From assembly GCF_009914755.1 (NCBI RefSeq), contig NC_060937.1: 64,000 nucleotides of DNA. One strand, written 5' to 3'. How positions within the stretch are numbered: the stretch's first letter is position 1; each line of letters starts with the position of its first letter. Shown one piece after another: positions 42,487-58,886 of the stretch. Source of the stretch: the human T2T-CHM13v2.0 reference genome, Homo sapiens. The notes beneath the pieces were generated by a model. The model searched no databases. It was given only the letters and a program-made list of their open reading frames with translations, and had not been told where the DNA came from. The position numbers and the translations under genes are program-made.

Positions 42487-42822
42487 CTTTTTCTTTATTT
42501 CTTTTCTTTCTTTCATTTTTCTTTTTTTTTTCTTGAGACGGAATCTTTCTCTGTTACCCAGGGTGGAGTGCAGTGGCAGGATCTCAACTCACTGAAACCT
42601 CTGCCTCCTGGGTTCAAGCAATTCTCCGGTTTCAGTCTCCTGAATAGCTGAGATTACAGGTGTGTTCCAGCCACCACATCCTGCTAAGTTTTTTTTTTTT
42701 TAAGTAGAGATGGAGTTTTACAATGTTGGCCAGGCTGGTCTTGAACTCCTGACCTCAAGTGATCTGCCAGCCTCAGCCTCCCAAAGTGCTGGAATTACAG
42801 ACATGAGCCACTGCACCTGGCC
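42487..42822 (-). mobile_element. Alu (AluSx/Sz-like)
   Basis: Full dimer in antisense with gacctcaagtgatc. Degenerate TSD tcatactcatatttt/tcatattcatgtttt. Confidence 0.93.
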
Positions 42823-42894
42823 TCATATTCATGTTTTTTAAAATAATTTTAAAGGGCTTTAAATATTTCATAGTAACTTAAAAATTTTTTTTTA

Positions 42895-43035
42895 TTACAA
42901 GAAAAAAACAAACAACCCCATCAACAAGTGGGCGAAGGATATGAACAGACACTTCTCAAAAGCAGACATTTATGCAGCCAAAAGACACATGAAAACATGC
43001 TCATCATCACTGGCCATCAGAGAAATGCAAATCAA
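42895..43035 (+). mobile_element. ~140-bp internal L1PA ORF2 fragment without 3'UTR
   Basis: ttacaagaaaaaaacaaacaaccccatcaacaagtgggcgaagg...cagagaaatgcaaatcaaaa. It is highly similar to 53089-53232 in this window and flanked by aaaaatttttt on both sides. Confidence 0.92.
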
Positions 43036-45839
43036 AAAAATTTTTTGAGGAATTTTTTTCCTCTTGACCTTTCTTTCTTTTATTTTATTTCTTTGTGTGT
43101 GTATGTATGTGGAAAATCTGTCCTCCCCCATTATTAGAGAGTGAGGAGAAGACTTCTGATTTTAGCAACATGGAAGACTGATGTAACATTGACCTCTTAC
43201 TATTAGAAATAAAAAATGTAAGTCCATAGAAACAAAATGAAATACAACAAAACTTAAATACCTGAACACTGAGCTAAAAAAAAAAGAAAAGAAAAAAAAA
43301 GAAAAGAAAACATAAATATCCACGTCAGAGATTAAAGCCAGAGCAGTAAGCATCCATGCTGGTGTCACAGCACACTGGGGTCCAGAACTGCTGGTCATAT
43401 GGCCTAAGGTCAAGGGCTGAGGTTCTTATATCCATATTGGGACAAGAGATAGGAACATTCGCTTGTAGAAAGTGGGGAGCTGGCATTGAGACTTAGGCAT
43501 AAAGCAGGACCCTGGAAGCACTGCCTGGTCAGTGAAATTCTGTACATTCTGCTTAAAGTCCTGGAGGTGGGGTGAGTCTCCCATAAGTAATCAAAGCCAC
43601 AAGTTGTAACATGTTTGGATTATGCGACCAAATTTATATTTTTGGCATGGTGTGAAAATCTTCAGGCCAAGAAATTAATTGTAAAAATTAGTCCCATACT
43701 GATAAAACCTATGGATTTTTCTGTAGAAGCAAACACATCATCACTCCATAGGGAATCTTATACAACCCAGACTACATAGAACTCCCAGAGTTAAAATAAT
43801 CCCTGGTAAAAATTACAAACCACAGGAGGAAATGATTCACTACAGAGAGCCAGAAGTTACCTAGCAAGAACTCGGGGGAAAAATATGAAAGATATTATAA
43901 AATACTTATGCTTAAAGTGATTAAAGGGATAAAATAAAAACAAAATAAAGGAACAGAATGTAATGAGATTTAAAAGCAGGCAAGGACTAAACAGGGAAGG
44001 CAGGCTGTGAACCCTCATATATTAAAATGTTTTATGTTCTTCTCCATGTTTTGTCATATACAACTATGTAATTATGTTTGTATTATAATCTTCTGATTTT
44101 ATATATCTCACAGGGATCAATTCCCTTCTAACAAATGCCAATAAAACCGAATCCCTACATAGCAAAATTATTCCAATTCCATCTAATTATTACAAATAAT
44201 CAAATTAACCAAGTTAAATACTTTTTTCTTATAATGAAGGTTGTTACTTATAGTAATGAAAAATGTCTAAGGAAAGTATCATTGTTTTAAAGATCCAAGT
44301 TGTCTATATTTATTTCTTTGGAGCAAATAAATTTCACAGAAGAAGTGTTTAATCAGAGGCTATGTATTTATATTCTCCAATACCACAATACAATAAATTA
44401 CCTTATTGCACATTCAAAGTAAGTAATGTTTTATGTATTTTAAAATAAACTCTCACGGACACTAGGATTTTTTTAAGGCCCCTCAACTACAAGCACTGCC
44501 TTTAACAGTCTTTTAGTGAGTGTTTTATATTTTATTTCATATTCAACTCTTTGATTCTAAATTCAGAGCTGTGATTACTACTTGTCTCAGTTGAATTTCA
44601 ATGCTAGCCTTTCCTATTGTCTCCTAAATACTCAGTTTCTTACTTCTGTGAAGTAGATTTCTCATACCTTATAGAATTCCAATCAACATTTCTCAGGACA
44701 CTGCATTCTTTCAAAGCCTTTCTTCCAAAGTCAAAAATGCTTGCATTGTTTCTCTTCATAAGCAGTGTACTCTTTTGAGCATTTCAAATCAAATAATAAA
44801 TTGATAACTAGATTCGAGATGCTCCTAAGCTTTAATCTGATTTATCATACTTGGCTGAATTTTTAGGAAAAGTTCCAGGAGAAAACATGAATGAAAAACA
44901 AAAAAAATTTTTTAAAGCCTTGTCTTTTCATAAAGACTAGCCAAAAAACTCTTAGAAAAAGAAAATAATGTGGCATGAGGATAGAACTTTTATTATTTTT
45001 TATAATGAAATTGTCATTATCCCAATCAGTATCAGTGTAATTAAAATCTTTCGTGGTCGATATTTCAGCCTTTCTATGGTTGTTCATTGTTAGTCTTAAG
45101 AAAAGTGACTCCCCTCAGTTTCCATAGGTTATTTTTATATAGAAAGTGCCATTTCCAAGACTAGGTGGATTCCAGTTTTTGAGAAAGAGAGCGAGAGAGA
45201 CAGTGAAGGAAGAGGGAGAGACAGAAGGGGAGACAGAGAGATTAGACATTGCAATGAACAAACTGGTTTTGACCATTAATTACATTCCCTGGATACTTGC
45301 TCAATTCACCACACATTTTTTTTTTTCTGAATCAACATGAAAAAGACTGGCTTAGTCTGCATTTAAAGCATTTCGTACATTACAATGATCACATGCTACA
45401 GGATTTGTAAGTGCTCAAGGATGTGTTCACAGCTAGGGAAGTAAAGCCGACATAAAGAAATGAAATCCAGTTTCTGTCTTCAAGACACTTACATTCTTGC
45501 ATAAAGTCAAGAAAATACTAGTAGGAAAACAATACTTTATATTGGTTGTCTTCTTTATCTGTAGGATGTCAAACAACCAAATCATGGTGTTAATTTTTTC
45601 TTGTTCAAAGGACTTGGTTTATTTAAATTCTCTGTTGGCTTTGCATGTCACATAGCCTTTCTTACTCTACCATCAGAGGACACAAACTTGTAGCCTGAAG
45701 ATGTTTTGTGAGACTTACAGAATAATACTCAAAATTTTGTATTTGTTGTCAACAGTTAAAAATTGGGAAAATGGTAAAAAATTCCAGATTTCTGAATTTT
45801 CTTAAACATGCCAGTGATCCATTGACAGTGAATCTATGA

Positions 45840-46179
<340 letters not shown>

Positions 46180-46972
46180 TGGACTGCCTTTTCAAGTTGG
46201 TTTTACAGTCTCCAATTACCTATAATTCCCACCTAGCCTGCTTTATTTACTCATTTATATTAATTGTTTACATTTATGAATTCATAAACCTTACCTACAC
46301 TAGAGTCACTTGAAGAATTTTCTAAAGTATAGGAACCCATATCTTAATACTGGGTCTTGCTCACAAAGGTTTAAATTTATGGGTCCGTTAGGATGTAGTC
46401 ATTGTGGTATATGTGTGTGTGCGTGTGTGTATACAAAACCAAAAAACAGGTAGTCCTACTGTGTAACCACAGCAGAGAACCATTGCTGTGGTATTTGAGG
46501 TTTTATCTGCTATTTTACATTTTCAATGATTTAAACATAAAAAAGGATATTCCTTTCTACTCTGTTTTTTTTTTTTGTTTGGATTTTAATTTTGTGGCAC
46601 TAATCTAGAACATTAACCATACTGCCTAGTATTTGTTGAAACTAGAAAAAGCATGCAGCTTTATATGAACCAGGATTTGGTCACAGCTTGGTTGCCCAGA
46701 ACTTTGTTCTGTTTTGCTTTTGTACCTAGAGATGGCTGGTCTCAAGGGGAATAATTATGGTTAAACAAACTCATGGAAAATTTGTGATTATTAATTTACA
46801 GGGAAAAAGTTTAAAATAAAAACAGAACTTCCAAACAGAAAGAAACTTTCATTTCCATTGGTTGGTAAATCCTCTCCCTGGGATAAAAGCCTACATGAGA
46901 AATCATATTATGATCAAAATACTGTTTGTGAGCTTGTATTAGAGCAAAGTAAGTTAAGGTTAAGTGTCATAC

Positions 46973-47755
46973 TGAGTGGTGAAGCCGGCTGGGCTTCTGG
47001 GTGGGGTGGGGACTTGGAGAACTTTTCTGTCTAGCTAAAGGATTGTAAATGCACCAATCAGCACTCTGTGTCTAGCTAAAGGTTTGTAAACACACCAATC
47101 AGCACTCTGTAAAAATGCACCAATCAGCGCTCTGTGTCTAGCTAATCAGGTGGGGACCTGGAGAACTTTTCTGTCTAGCTAAAGGATTGTAAATGCACCA
47201 ATCAGTGCTCTGTGTCTAGCTAAAGGTTTGTAAATGCTCCAATCAGCTCTCTGTAAAAATGGACCAATCAGTAGGATGTGGGCGGGGCCAAATAAGGGAA
47301 TAAAAGCTGGCCACCCAGCTAGCAGGGGCAACCCGCTAGGGTACCCTTCCATGCTGTGGAAGCGTTGTTCTTTCACTCTTTGCAATAAATCAATCTGCTG
47401 CTCACTCTTTGGGTCCGCACTACCTTTATGAGCTGTAACACTTGCTGCGAAGGTCTGTGGCTTCACTCCTGAAGTCAGAGAAACCACGAACCCACCAGGA
47501 GGAATGAAGAACTCCAGACGCACCACCTTTAAGAGCTGTAACACTCACTGTGAAGGTCTGCAGCTTCACTCCTGAAGTCAGCAAGACCACAAACCCACCA
47601 GAAGGAAGAAACTCCAGACATATCTGAACATCAGAAGGAACAAACTCTGGACACACCATCTTTAAGAACTGCAACACTCACCATGAGGGTCTGCGGCTTC
47701 TTTCTTGAAGGCAGCGAGACCAAGAACCCACTGGAAGGAACCAATTCCTGACACA
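46973..47755 (+). mobile_element. LTR12 (ERV9/HERV9) solo LTR
   Basis: tgagtggtgaagccggctggg start, tandem U3 repeats gtctagctaaagg-ttgtaaatgcaccaatcagc, U5 repeats gagctgtaacact, end ccaattcctgacaca. Perfect 4-bp TSD atac at 46969-46972 and 47756-47759. Confidence 0.96.
47054..47389 (+). promoter_or_regulatory. LTR12 U3 promoter/enhancer motifs
   Basis: Six CCAAT boxes (47054, 47095, 47120, 47198, 47239, 47264), a GC box gggcggggc at 47280, TATA-like aataaaa at 47299 and polyA signal aataaa at 47384. Activity is not shown by the sequence. Confidence 0.6.
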
Positions 47756-48269
47756 ATACCTGTTGAATTGACTGACCAGAACAATGTCTGCTACTCACGG
47801 CTTCCTGGACATCTATCTCATTACCACTGCAAATTATGCCCTGCAAGCTTAATTGAAATTGGATTTCCTCAAGCCTCCAGAGACTTGCATTTGTGGATAC
47901 TTGTTAGTATGGGTCTCCTCAATATATGGTACTTCTCATCAATTAGGGGTTCAATTTTACGAGTTTAATTTCAGACACAAAATTGCGTTAAAATTCTGTG
48001 GGCATCTTACTATAAATCTCTGCTTACTAAAATATTATGAATTACCTTTCTGTGAATAAATACCTTTCATGCTCTACTGAAGTGGAAGTTCTTTGAGGGT
48101 CAAAATATACCAGATACTTTGCAAGTCCCTTTAGGATGTCACACATCCTTCCCCAAACCATAGCAGAGCTCTGCACATGGAGAAAGAAACTAGTATTCCC
48201 TGAACATTTGTTATGGGCGGGCATGTGATCTCATATATATATTTTATCCTTGATAGATTTTATATAATA

Positions 48270-48396
48270 TCTCATGATTTTACTATCCTCATTTTGTAAA
48301 TGAGATAATCAAAGCTGAAAAAGATTAAATAAATTGTTTTATTTTGGAGCTGGTATATTCTCAGAGCCTGGATTTAAATCTGTTTCTTTGACCTCA

Positions 48397-48398
<2 letters not shown>
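48270..48398 (-). mobile_element. MIR fragment
   Basis: tactatcctcattttgtaaatgagataatcaaagctg...cagagcctggatttaaatctg. Confidence 0.6.

Positions 48399-48399
<1 letters not shown>

Positions 48400-48455
<56 letters not shown>
48400..48455. repeat. (TG)n(AG)n compound microsatellite
   Basis: Read directly from the sequence. Confidence 0.95.
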
Positions 48456-48456
<1 letters not shown>

Positions 48457-50072
48457 AGGAGTCTGGGTCTATGGAAGGCTGTGTGAGAGAGAGAAATTGT
48501 GCTAGGTTTCCTTCTAATAAATATATCATTTTGCCTCATATATGATCAATAAATGTGCTGGCTGTTTGATTTATGATTGAAAAAAGTATTAATCACTTAA
48601 TTATTTTCTTACAGCTTCTACATGTTTTCATTTACTTTTTATAGGCATTTGGGAAATGGGATGGATTTTAATTGTTTCAATCATTTAGTGCTTGGCAGTC
48701 TGAGCACATAGTAACAGCTTAATAAATAGCTCATGTGGGAAAAAGTGAAGGGAGTTACAGGGAGATTTCTACTTTATAGCTAGACTTATCAGGTATAAAT
48801 ACCTAAAGGTAGGTTGAAGCATTCTCTCTTCACTCAAGAAACAAAACAATATAAAATTGTATTTAGTATGGTTATTGCTACATGGAAAGATCTAGAGAAA
48901 GCATTCGCTCTTTAAAATGATTCACTGCAAACATATTAGAAAAATGGGAGACATTTTATTCTTCAATGGAATGAAAGTTTTTAATTTTTTTTAATAAAAT
49001 CAGTGGGTGGATGTAGACACCTGTATCACTTTGAGCAATTTCAAATCAGGCAACTTAGAAAGCTTAGGAAGTTGGGAAGAGACAGGCTTGAAACATACCT
49101 ATTTCACCTGGGACGATATCCTACAGCTTTGCAGCACAACTAATCAAGGGTGTTGAGAGCAGAGAAAAGCAAATAGTAGGTTCTTGTGTTGCACAGCAAA
49201 CTGCTTCTTGATAACTAGAGAGAAACCTTAGAAAAGCTCTTCTGTTACTATTGTGGCTGACACCCTACAGGCAGCCTTTCTGCTTTCACTCTGGTGCTCT
49301 ATCTGCAATAACTGGTGTAGATATAAGGGAATGGCTTCAGATGAAATTGGGTGATGGCTGGATATTAAATCAAAGTCTCCTAATACACCACTTTACACTG
49401 CATGTTTAGAAACAATGTACACCATCCCTTCCCAAAGCACCAACCACTGAATTTCAGCAGTTATTTGAAATTCTTTTTGAATAATGAAGACATAATGTCA
49501 ATATCCAATGGAATCTTGATGTAATACATCCATGAATCTTATTAGTTCTTATTCATAATTTTATTTTTATAGCAGTTGATTTTCCATAGTTTATGCATAT
49601 TACAAAGTTTCGCTTATGGATGTGAAAAAGTGGCATATTTTATTACCTATATAAAATGTCCTCTTCTAGAGTTTTCTGTTTCCTTGGTTTCCTAAGGCAG
49701 TTAATTCATTCCTAAAGATTATTCTCAAAACATTGTATTGTGGTCTAGTTTTTAATTTTTATTTTTCCATTTTCCTATCAAGCCCATTAAAGATCACCAT
49801 TTAAAAACATTCTGTACTCTATAAAGAATTGATAAGAAAAGTTGATTATGGATTCTTACTGTTTTTATTATAATTTATCAAATTATAATGATCATTATTC
49901 ACATAATAAAAAATTCCAATATTTCTTGTACCTTACTCCACAAGAGCTATGAAGTTGATCTTATTTGGTACCATGAGGTGTCTACAAATTAATATTTTTA
50001 ATCCAAACAATAGGACACATTTTATCCAGCTATTAATATTGAAGAACTTATAGCTTTTAAGTTGGAGAAAGG

Positions 50073-50265
50073 GCTAACATTTATTGAGCAACTTCTTTGA
50101 AGAGACTAGCACAATATGCATTTCACATACATTACTTCATTTAACAGATCCAATTCTGTGAGGCAGGTGTTAATATCCCCATTTAGCAGACAAGAACATG
50201 AAACTTAAGATAAGTAACTTGTCAGGTTAAAAGTCTGATTCTAATGCCTATGCACTTGCCACTAC
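50073..50265 (-). mobile_element. MIR
   Basis: gctaacatttattgagca...ctgtgaggcaggtgttaatatccccatttagcagacaagaac...agtaacttgtc. Confidence 0.75.
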
Positions 50266-50293
50266 TCTTTCATTATTTTTGCAAATATTTTTA

Positions 50294-53967
<3,674 letters not shown>

Positions 53968-54294
53968 AAAACGATCATAGTATATGTTTTCTGATACAGA
54001 TACTTATCTGCTTGTGTCTGATGTTCTATGGATTTGTAATATTTTCATGTGTATGTGACCCTCTGACAAATATATATTCAGCACCCACAATTACTGTGAA
54101 ATTGTCTTTTCAAATATCTCCCTTAAATATATTTGCATTAGATTGTTTATAGTTCTTCTGTTTCCTCAGTTAGCATCTCTTTAGGCACAAACCTGAGATG
54201 GCATACTCAGTCTAATACACTAATGGCCTTAGTGGTTGGATCTCAAAGGGAAGAAATGATCATAGCACTACTACTATCCCCACCAACCAGCAAG

Positions 54295-54615
54295 ACAACT
54301 ACCATTTATTAGGCACTCTCAATGTGCCCATTATTATACAGGCACTTTATGAGCATTATGTTTCTCAAATAACTCGACATGTGTAAAGCACTTAGAACAG
54401 TGTCTGATAGTAAATTTTACACAAATGTTTGCTTTTGTCATCATCAAGATCATCTCATCATTATCTCATTTAAAACCTTCAATGATCGGTCAATGTAGAT
54501 CTCATTATTCTCATTTGACAGCTATGGAAGCAGGTTCCTAAAAGCTGAATTGCTTAACTGGTTAATAAATGGTAGACACTGAATTTTGACACAGGTGTGT
54601 TTGACTTCTGTGACC
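54295..54615 (-). mobile_element. MIR fragments
   Basis: ctaccatttattaggcact; cattattctcatttgacagctatggaagcagg; taaatggtagacactgaattttgacacaggt. It includes a sense-oriented piece, tgtaaagcacttagaacagtgtctg. Confidence 0.55.
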
Positions 54616-55356
54616 TTTTTTTTTTTTTTTTTTGTCCTGCTCAGCCATACTATGTCTCATGGGTGGAAACAGCCACACACAAAAAATGTCTCCCCTGCCT
54701 CTGACCTTCACTAGCTGTGAGCTACTTCCTCTCTTCCCTGGGGTAGCGTGTCACTTCAGGAGACTAATCCAGAAACCATGGCTTATGTTTTCGCTACACA
54801 GAGTGCTGTTCAGAGAAATCCCTGTGGCTTTGAGGGGAAGTGGCTAGGTTCCTAGGGGGCCCTCTGAATGTCTAAGATGTTTAGATTGCTCTGCTTATCC
54901 CAGGAATGATAACCACTCACTCTTTTCTTCCCCAGGGCATTCTGGTTTTCCACACAGAACTGGACTCTGGTTCTATAAACGCTCATCTTGTCTTCTCCTT
55001 TGTCCCTTGTTACTTCTTCTGAACCTGACACCAGCTGTATGCCGTCTATTAACCTGTCATATTCATTGATCTCCCTAAGAAATCAAGCTGTCCTTATAAT
55101 TCCCCTGTCTGATCTTTTCTTGCTGGAGCTTACTGACAAAATTGTCCCATAGCAAAAGAAGAGTCTATTTGCTTTAGCTCTAATAGTCCCAAATGCTGTA
55201 TATAGTCAATACATGATTTTCTGTGCATTTCAAACTTTATGACCTCATTCAAAATGAAAACTGTTTGCAGATAACTCTGATTTGACCTCCAAAGGCTATA
55301 GGAAAATAGAGCTAAAGCAAGTGCTCAGATTAAGGAAGTTTATGAAGAAAAGTATA

Positions 55357-55683
55357 GGTCAGTCTCACTGGCTTATGCCTATAATCCCAGCAGTTTGGGA
55401 GAGTGAGACAGGCAGATTGCTTGAGCCCACGAGTTTGAGACCACCCTGGGCAACACAGGGAGACCTCATTTCTAAAAATAATTTAAAAATTAGCTGGGTG
55501 TGGTGGCATGCACCTGTAGTTCTAGCTACTAGAAAGGGTTAGGTGGGAGGATTGCTTAAGCCTTGGTGGTAGAGGCTGCAGTGTGCTATGATTGCACCAC
55601 TGCACTCCAGCCTGGGCAGCAGAGCAAGACCACCTCTAAAAAACAAACAAAACAACAACAACAATGAACAAACAAACAAAAAA
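55357..55683 (+). mobile_element. AluJ
   Basis: gattgcttgagcccacgagtttgag and gaggctgcagtgtgctatgatt are J diagnostics. Tail is (AAAC)n. Confidence 0.92.
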
Positions 55684-56088
55684 TATAGAACCTTTCCACT
55701 GGCACTTTTATTTTCCAACATAAAATAGACAGGGTGTACTTTGTAATTTTTAATACCTGAATTCAAACTGATTACTAATTTTCTCCTTTCTTATTTGTTG
55801 GAGAATGATGATGGAGGATTAGAAAGTCCCCTGTGTAGCTTAATATGCTTAAAATAAAGCTCTGGTCATTCCATGTTTTGTTTAAGAATGTTAGGAAATT
55901 TTTAATTTTTCAATGAAGTTGTTCTTCAACCTTATGATGTCATTGTAAATTTCTGACTTCTTTGCCAAACCTAGGCCTTAATTTTAGACTAAGTACATCC
56001 TCATTAATTTGTCATTTATCTGTTCATCTATTCATTCTTTCATATATAAAATCTTTCATTATTTTGGATTGACACTGTGCTAGGATCT

Positions 56089-56430
56089 TGTATTAGTCAA
56101 TATTTAATCAAGATAACATAAGTTATTCTAGGCATTTCAAGCAGAGAGAATTCAACACAGGAAATTAGTTATACATATCAGAAGGTCAAAAGAGCAAAAG
56201 AGAAAAGCAAGTGGTTATTCAAAATTAGGAGCTGCAGCTGGCCTTTGGCTGAAGGTTAGGGGCCAATGTTCAGGGGAGCTGGCAATGCCTTTGCTAGTAC
56301 TGGCATCTCATTACTGCCATAGAGTAGGAAGCTAAGGAGCCTCCTCTCCCACCTATGCTTCTGAAACTGCTTCCAATGATGCTGGGGAGAGAAACCACTG
56401 GTAATCTCCCTACAAAGCTTTAGATGGCTA
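56089..56430 (-). mobile_element. Old ERVL/MaLR-type LTR fragment
   Basis: Begins tgtattagtcaatatttaatcaagataacataagttattctaggcatttcaagcagagag, typical of the antisense end of old ERVL-class LTRs. Confidence 0.45.
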
Positions 56431-57555
56431 TTTCCTGTGTCTGGAGGTCACTCTTCCTCCCTTTGCCTGCCACTTGACTTCCCTGCCTCTCATTTGGCTA
56501 ACTTTTCTATTTTTAAGAAAATCAGTTTGCTTTTTAACATCTAGTGCAAAATTGCTATTTTGGAAAGTCTCTAACTTTATCATTCCTTTCTCTGTCCCTT
56601 GTGTTATATCTATTATTGCATGTGTCATGGTATATATCAGTTTTTGTGTACCTGTTAGGCTATCCTATTAAGGTAAAAGCTTCTCAAGATCATATCTTTT
56701 TTGTTGTTATTATCTTCCCAATTAACACAGAATTTATTAATCCTCAACTAATATTTGTCAAATTTATTGAATTGAATTGAAATATGCAATGGCACAGAAT
56801 TATGGTATATTTCGAAGCATCTAACATGCTGGATCAGGAATTAAAAGGTTGTCATTCAGGTAATGGGTAGCCATTGGCACTTTTGAAGACTTGCAGTGAC
56901 ATCATGTAATTTAGTGCGTTTGAGCTGGAAGAAGTAAGAAAAGGCAGTGTGGAGTGTGATTCCATGTCTGTAGTACACAATAGGAGCTGAGTGTATTGAT
57001 TTTAGCCTGACTTTTCAGGAATTACTGTTCTTTACCCATTTGGGACCTGGGAGTGTTATTTTACCTTACTTTATTGTTGAGGTGATACTTTTTTTAGATT
57101 ATAAATTATTCTTTTTAGAGCTTTTGAAGGTGTCTGGCCGACAGGCTGGCTGAAGTTTTATAATCAACCATTTCTAATCAGGAAATGTTCTAATTATAAA
57201 AAGTAATGTAGTCAGACATTCTAAATTATGTTACCATTCACTTTGCCAAGTACCTTTCCAAAAAAACCTTTTTGCTCTGGCATTCTACTTTTATTATATA
57301 TATTTTTGTAATTCTCTTTCTACAACACAGAAAACTGAGGGGAGTTTAACTTTGGAAACAATATATTTTGGACCTAATCTAAAGGTGAGAGTGTAAGCAG
57401 TTCAGGATAAATCCCAATACAATACTCCTCCTCCCAAATCTAAACTCCAATTTTTTTCCTGAAGACCCTTTTGGACACCAGAGCTAGATGCCATCTGGCT
57501 GACAGTAAAATGACCATGATGTCCCAGTTACCCTTCTGCTTCTCCCAAAGAGCCT

Positions 57556-57839
57556 CTTTATTTATTTAACTAATTAAGACAGTGTCTCACTCTGTCATCC
57601 AGGCTGGAGTACAGCAGCCTTGACCTCCTGGGCTCAAGTGATCCTCCCACTTCCACTCCCAGTGTAGCTGGGACTATATTTGCTTACATTTTTATTTTAT
57701 TTTAATTAATTATTTATTTTAGAGATAGGGTCTCTCTATGTTGCCCAGGCTGGTCTCAAATTCCTGGGCTCAAGTGATCCTCCAGCCCCAGTCTCCCAAA
57801 GTATTGGGATTACAGGCATGAGAGCCACCACACCCAGCC
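57556..57839 (-). mobile_element. AluJ with internal deletions
   Basis: cctcctgggctcaagtgatcctccc occurs in both arms. Also ctatgttgcccaggctggtctc. Confidence 0.88.
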
Positions 57840-57876
57840 AAATATGTCATTATTGATAAACTTTTTGGGTGCTGAC

Positions 57877-58360
57877 TGAGATGGTTAATTTTACCTGTCA
57901 AGTTGACTGGGCCATAGAGTGCCCAGACAGCTGGTCAAATATCACTCTGGGTGTTTCTGTGAGGGTGTTTTTGGATAAGAGTAACATTAAAATTCTTAAA
58001 CTTGAGTAAAGCAGATACACTCCTTAATATGAGTGAGCCTCATTTAGTCAGTTGGAAGCCTGATAGAGCAAAAGGTTGACCCTCCTTTTAGTGAGGGAAT
58101 TCTCCTGTCTTTTGATGGCTTTTGATGTGGGACATTGACTTTTCCTGTTTCTACAGCAGTTCTCACCTTCTGACTTGAACTAGGACATCAGATCTGCAGG
58201 TTTTGGACTTGCCAGCCTCCATAATCACATGAGCCAATTCCTTACAATAAATCTGTCTCTAGATTCTAAGTTATTTCTAGAATGTATATCTAGAATGTGT
58301 GTGTGGGTGTGTATGTATATGTAGTTGGTTGTGTTTCTCTGGAGAATTATAACTAACATA
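57877..58360 (+). mobile_element. MLT2 (ERVL) LTR
   Basis: tgagatggttaattttacctgtcaagttgactgggcca...ttggacttgccagcctccataatcacatgagccaattcctt...gtttctctggagaa. Confidence 0.88.
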
Positions 58361-58365
58361 CCTAC

Positions 58366-58886
58366 TGAGGTTATTTTGAAATATGTTCATAAATTATTTG
58401 ACTTTCTTCCTTCCAATAGGTAGAGCCTAGTTCCCCTCTCCCTTGAATGTGGGCTGAATGAACTCAGTGATTTCTTCTAGTGAATAGAATACAGTGGAAT
58501 GACATTATGTGGCAATATCATAAAATGGCATTTTGTCTTCCTTCTGGTTTTCTCTATGAGATCACTTTCTTGAGGCAAAGTGACTTCCATGTCCTGAAGA
58601 CACTTAAGCAACCCTATAAAGAAGCCCAAATAATGGGGAACCGGAGCCTTCAGCTAACAGCCATGTGAACCGTCTTGGAAGTGCACTCTTCAGTGCTTGT
58701 TGAGCCTTCAGAATTCTGTAGTCCTAGCAGACATCTTGACAGCAAGTTCATCAGCGATTGTAAGCCAGACCTACCCAACTAAGCTGATCACAGATTTCTG
58801 ACCCATAGAAATTGTGTGATACGATAAGTATTATTTCAAGCCACTATGTTTTAAGATAATTTTGGAGCAATATTTAACAAATGCAT
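58366..58886 (+). mobile_element. MLT1F-like MaLR LTR
   Basis: cccctctcccttgaatgtgggctg; acagccatgtgaaccgtcttggaagtg; agacatcttgacagcaa; tttcaagccactatgtttt. Confidence 0.8.

Noticed and set aside
43170-44000. Unique-looking segment as a possible host element
   Set aside because: Composition and motifs suggest a decayed old L1 5'/ORF1 region. I could not assign it confidently either way.
45180-45420. GA-rich tract followed by ATG and a GTAAGT donor as a gene first exon
   Set aside because: The ATG opens only 9 codons, the donor has a weak exonic side (TTT), and there is no CpG island or other promoter support.
47020-47270. Regular repeats with spacer-like variation (CRISPR-like)
   Set aside because: These are the normal tandem U3 repeats of LTR12. 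There are no unique spacers or cas genes, and the DNA is human.
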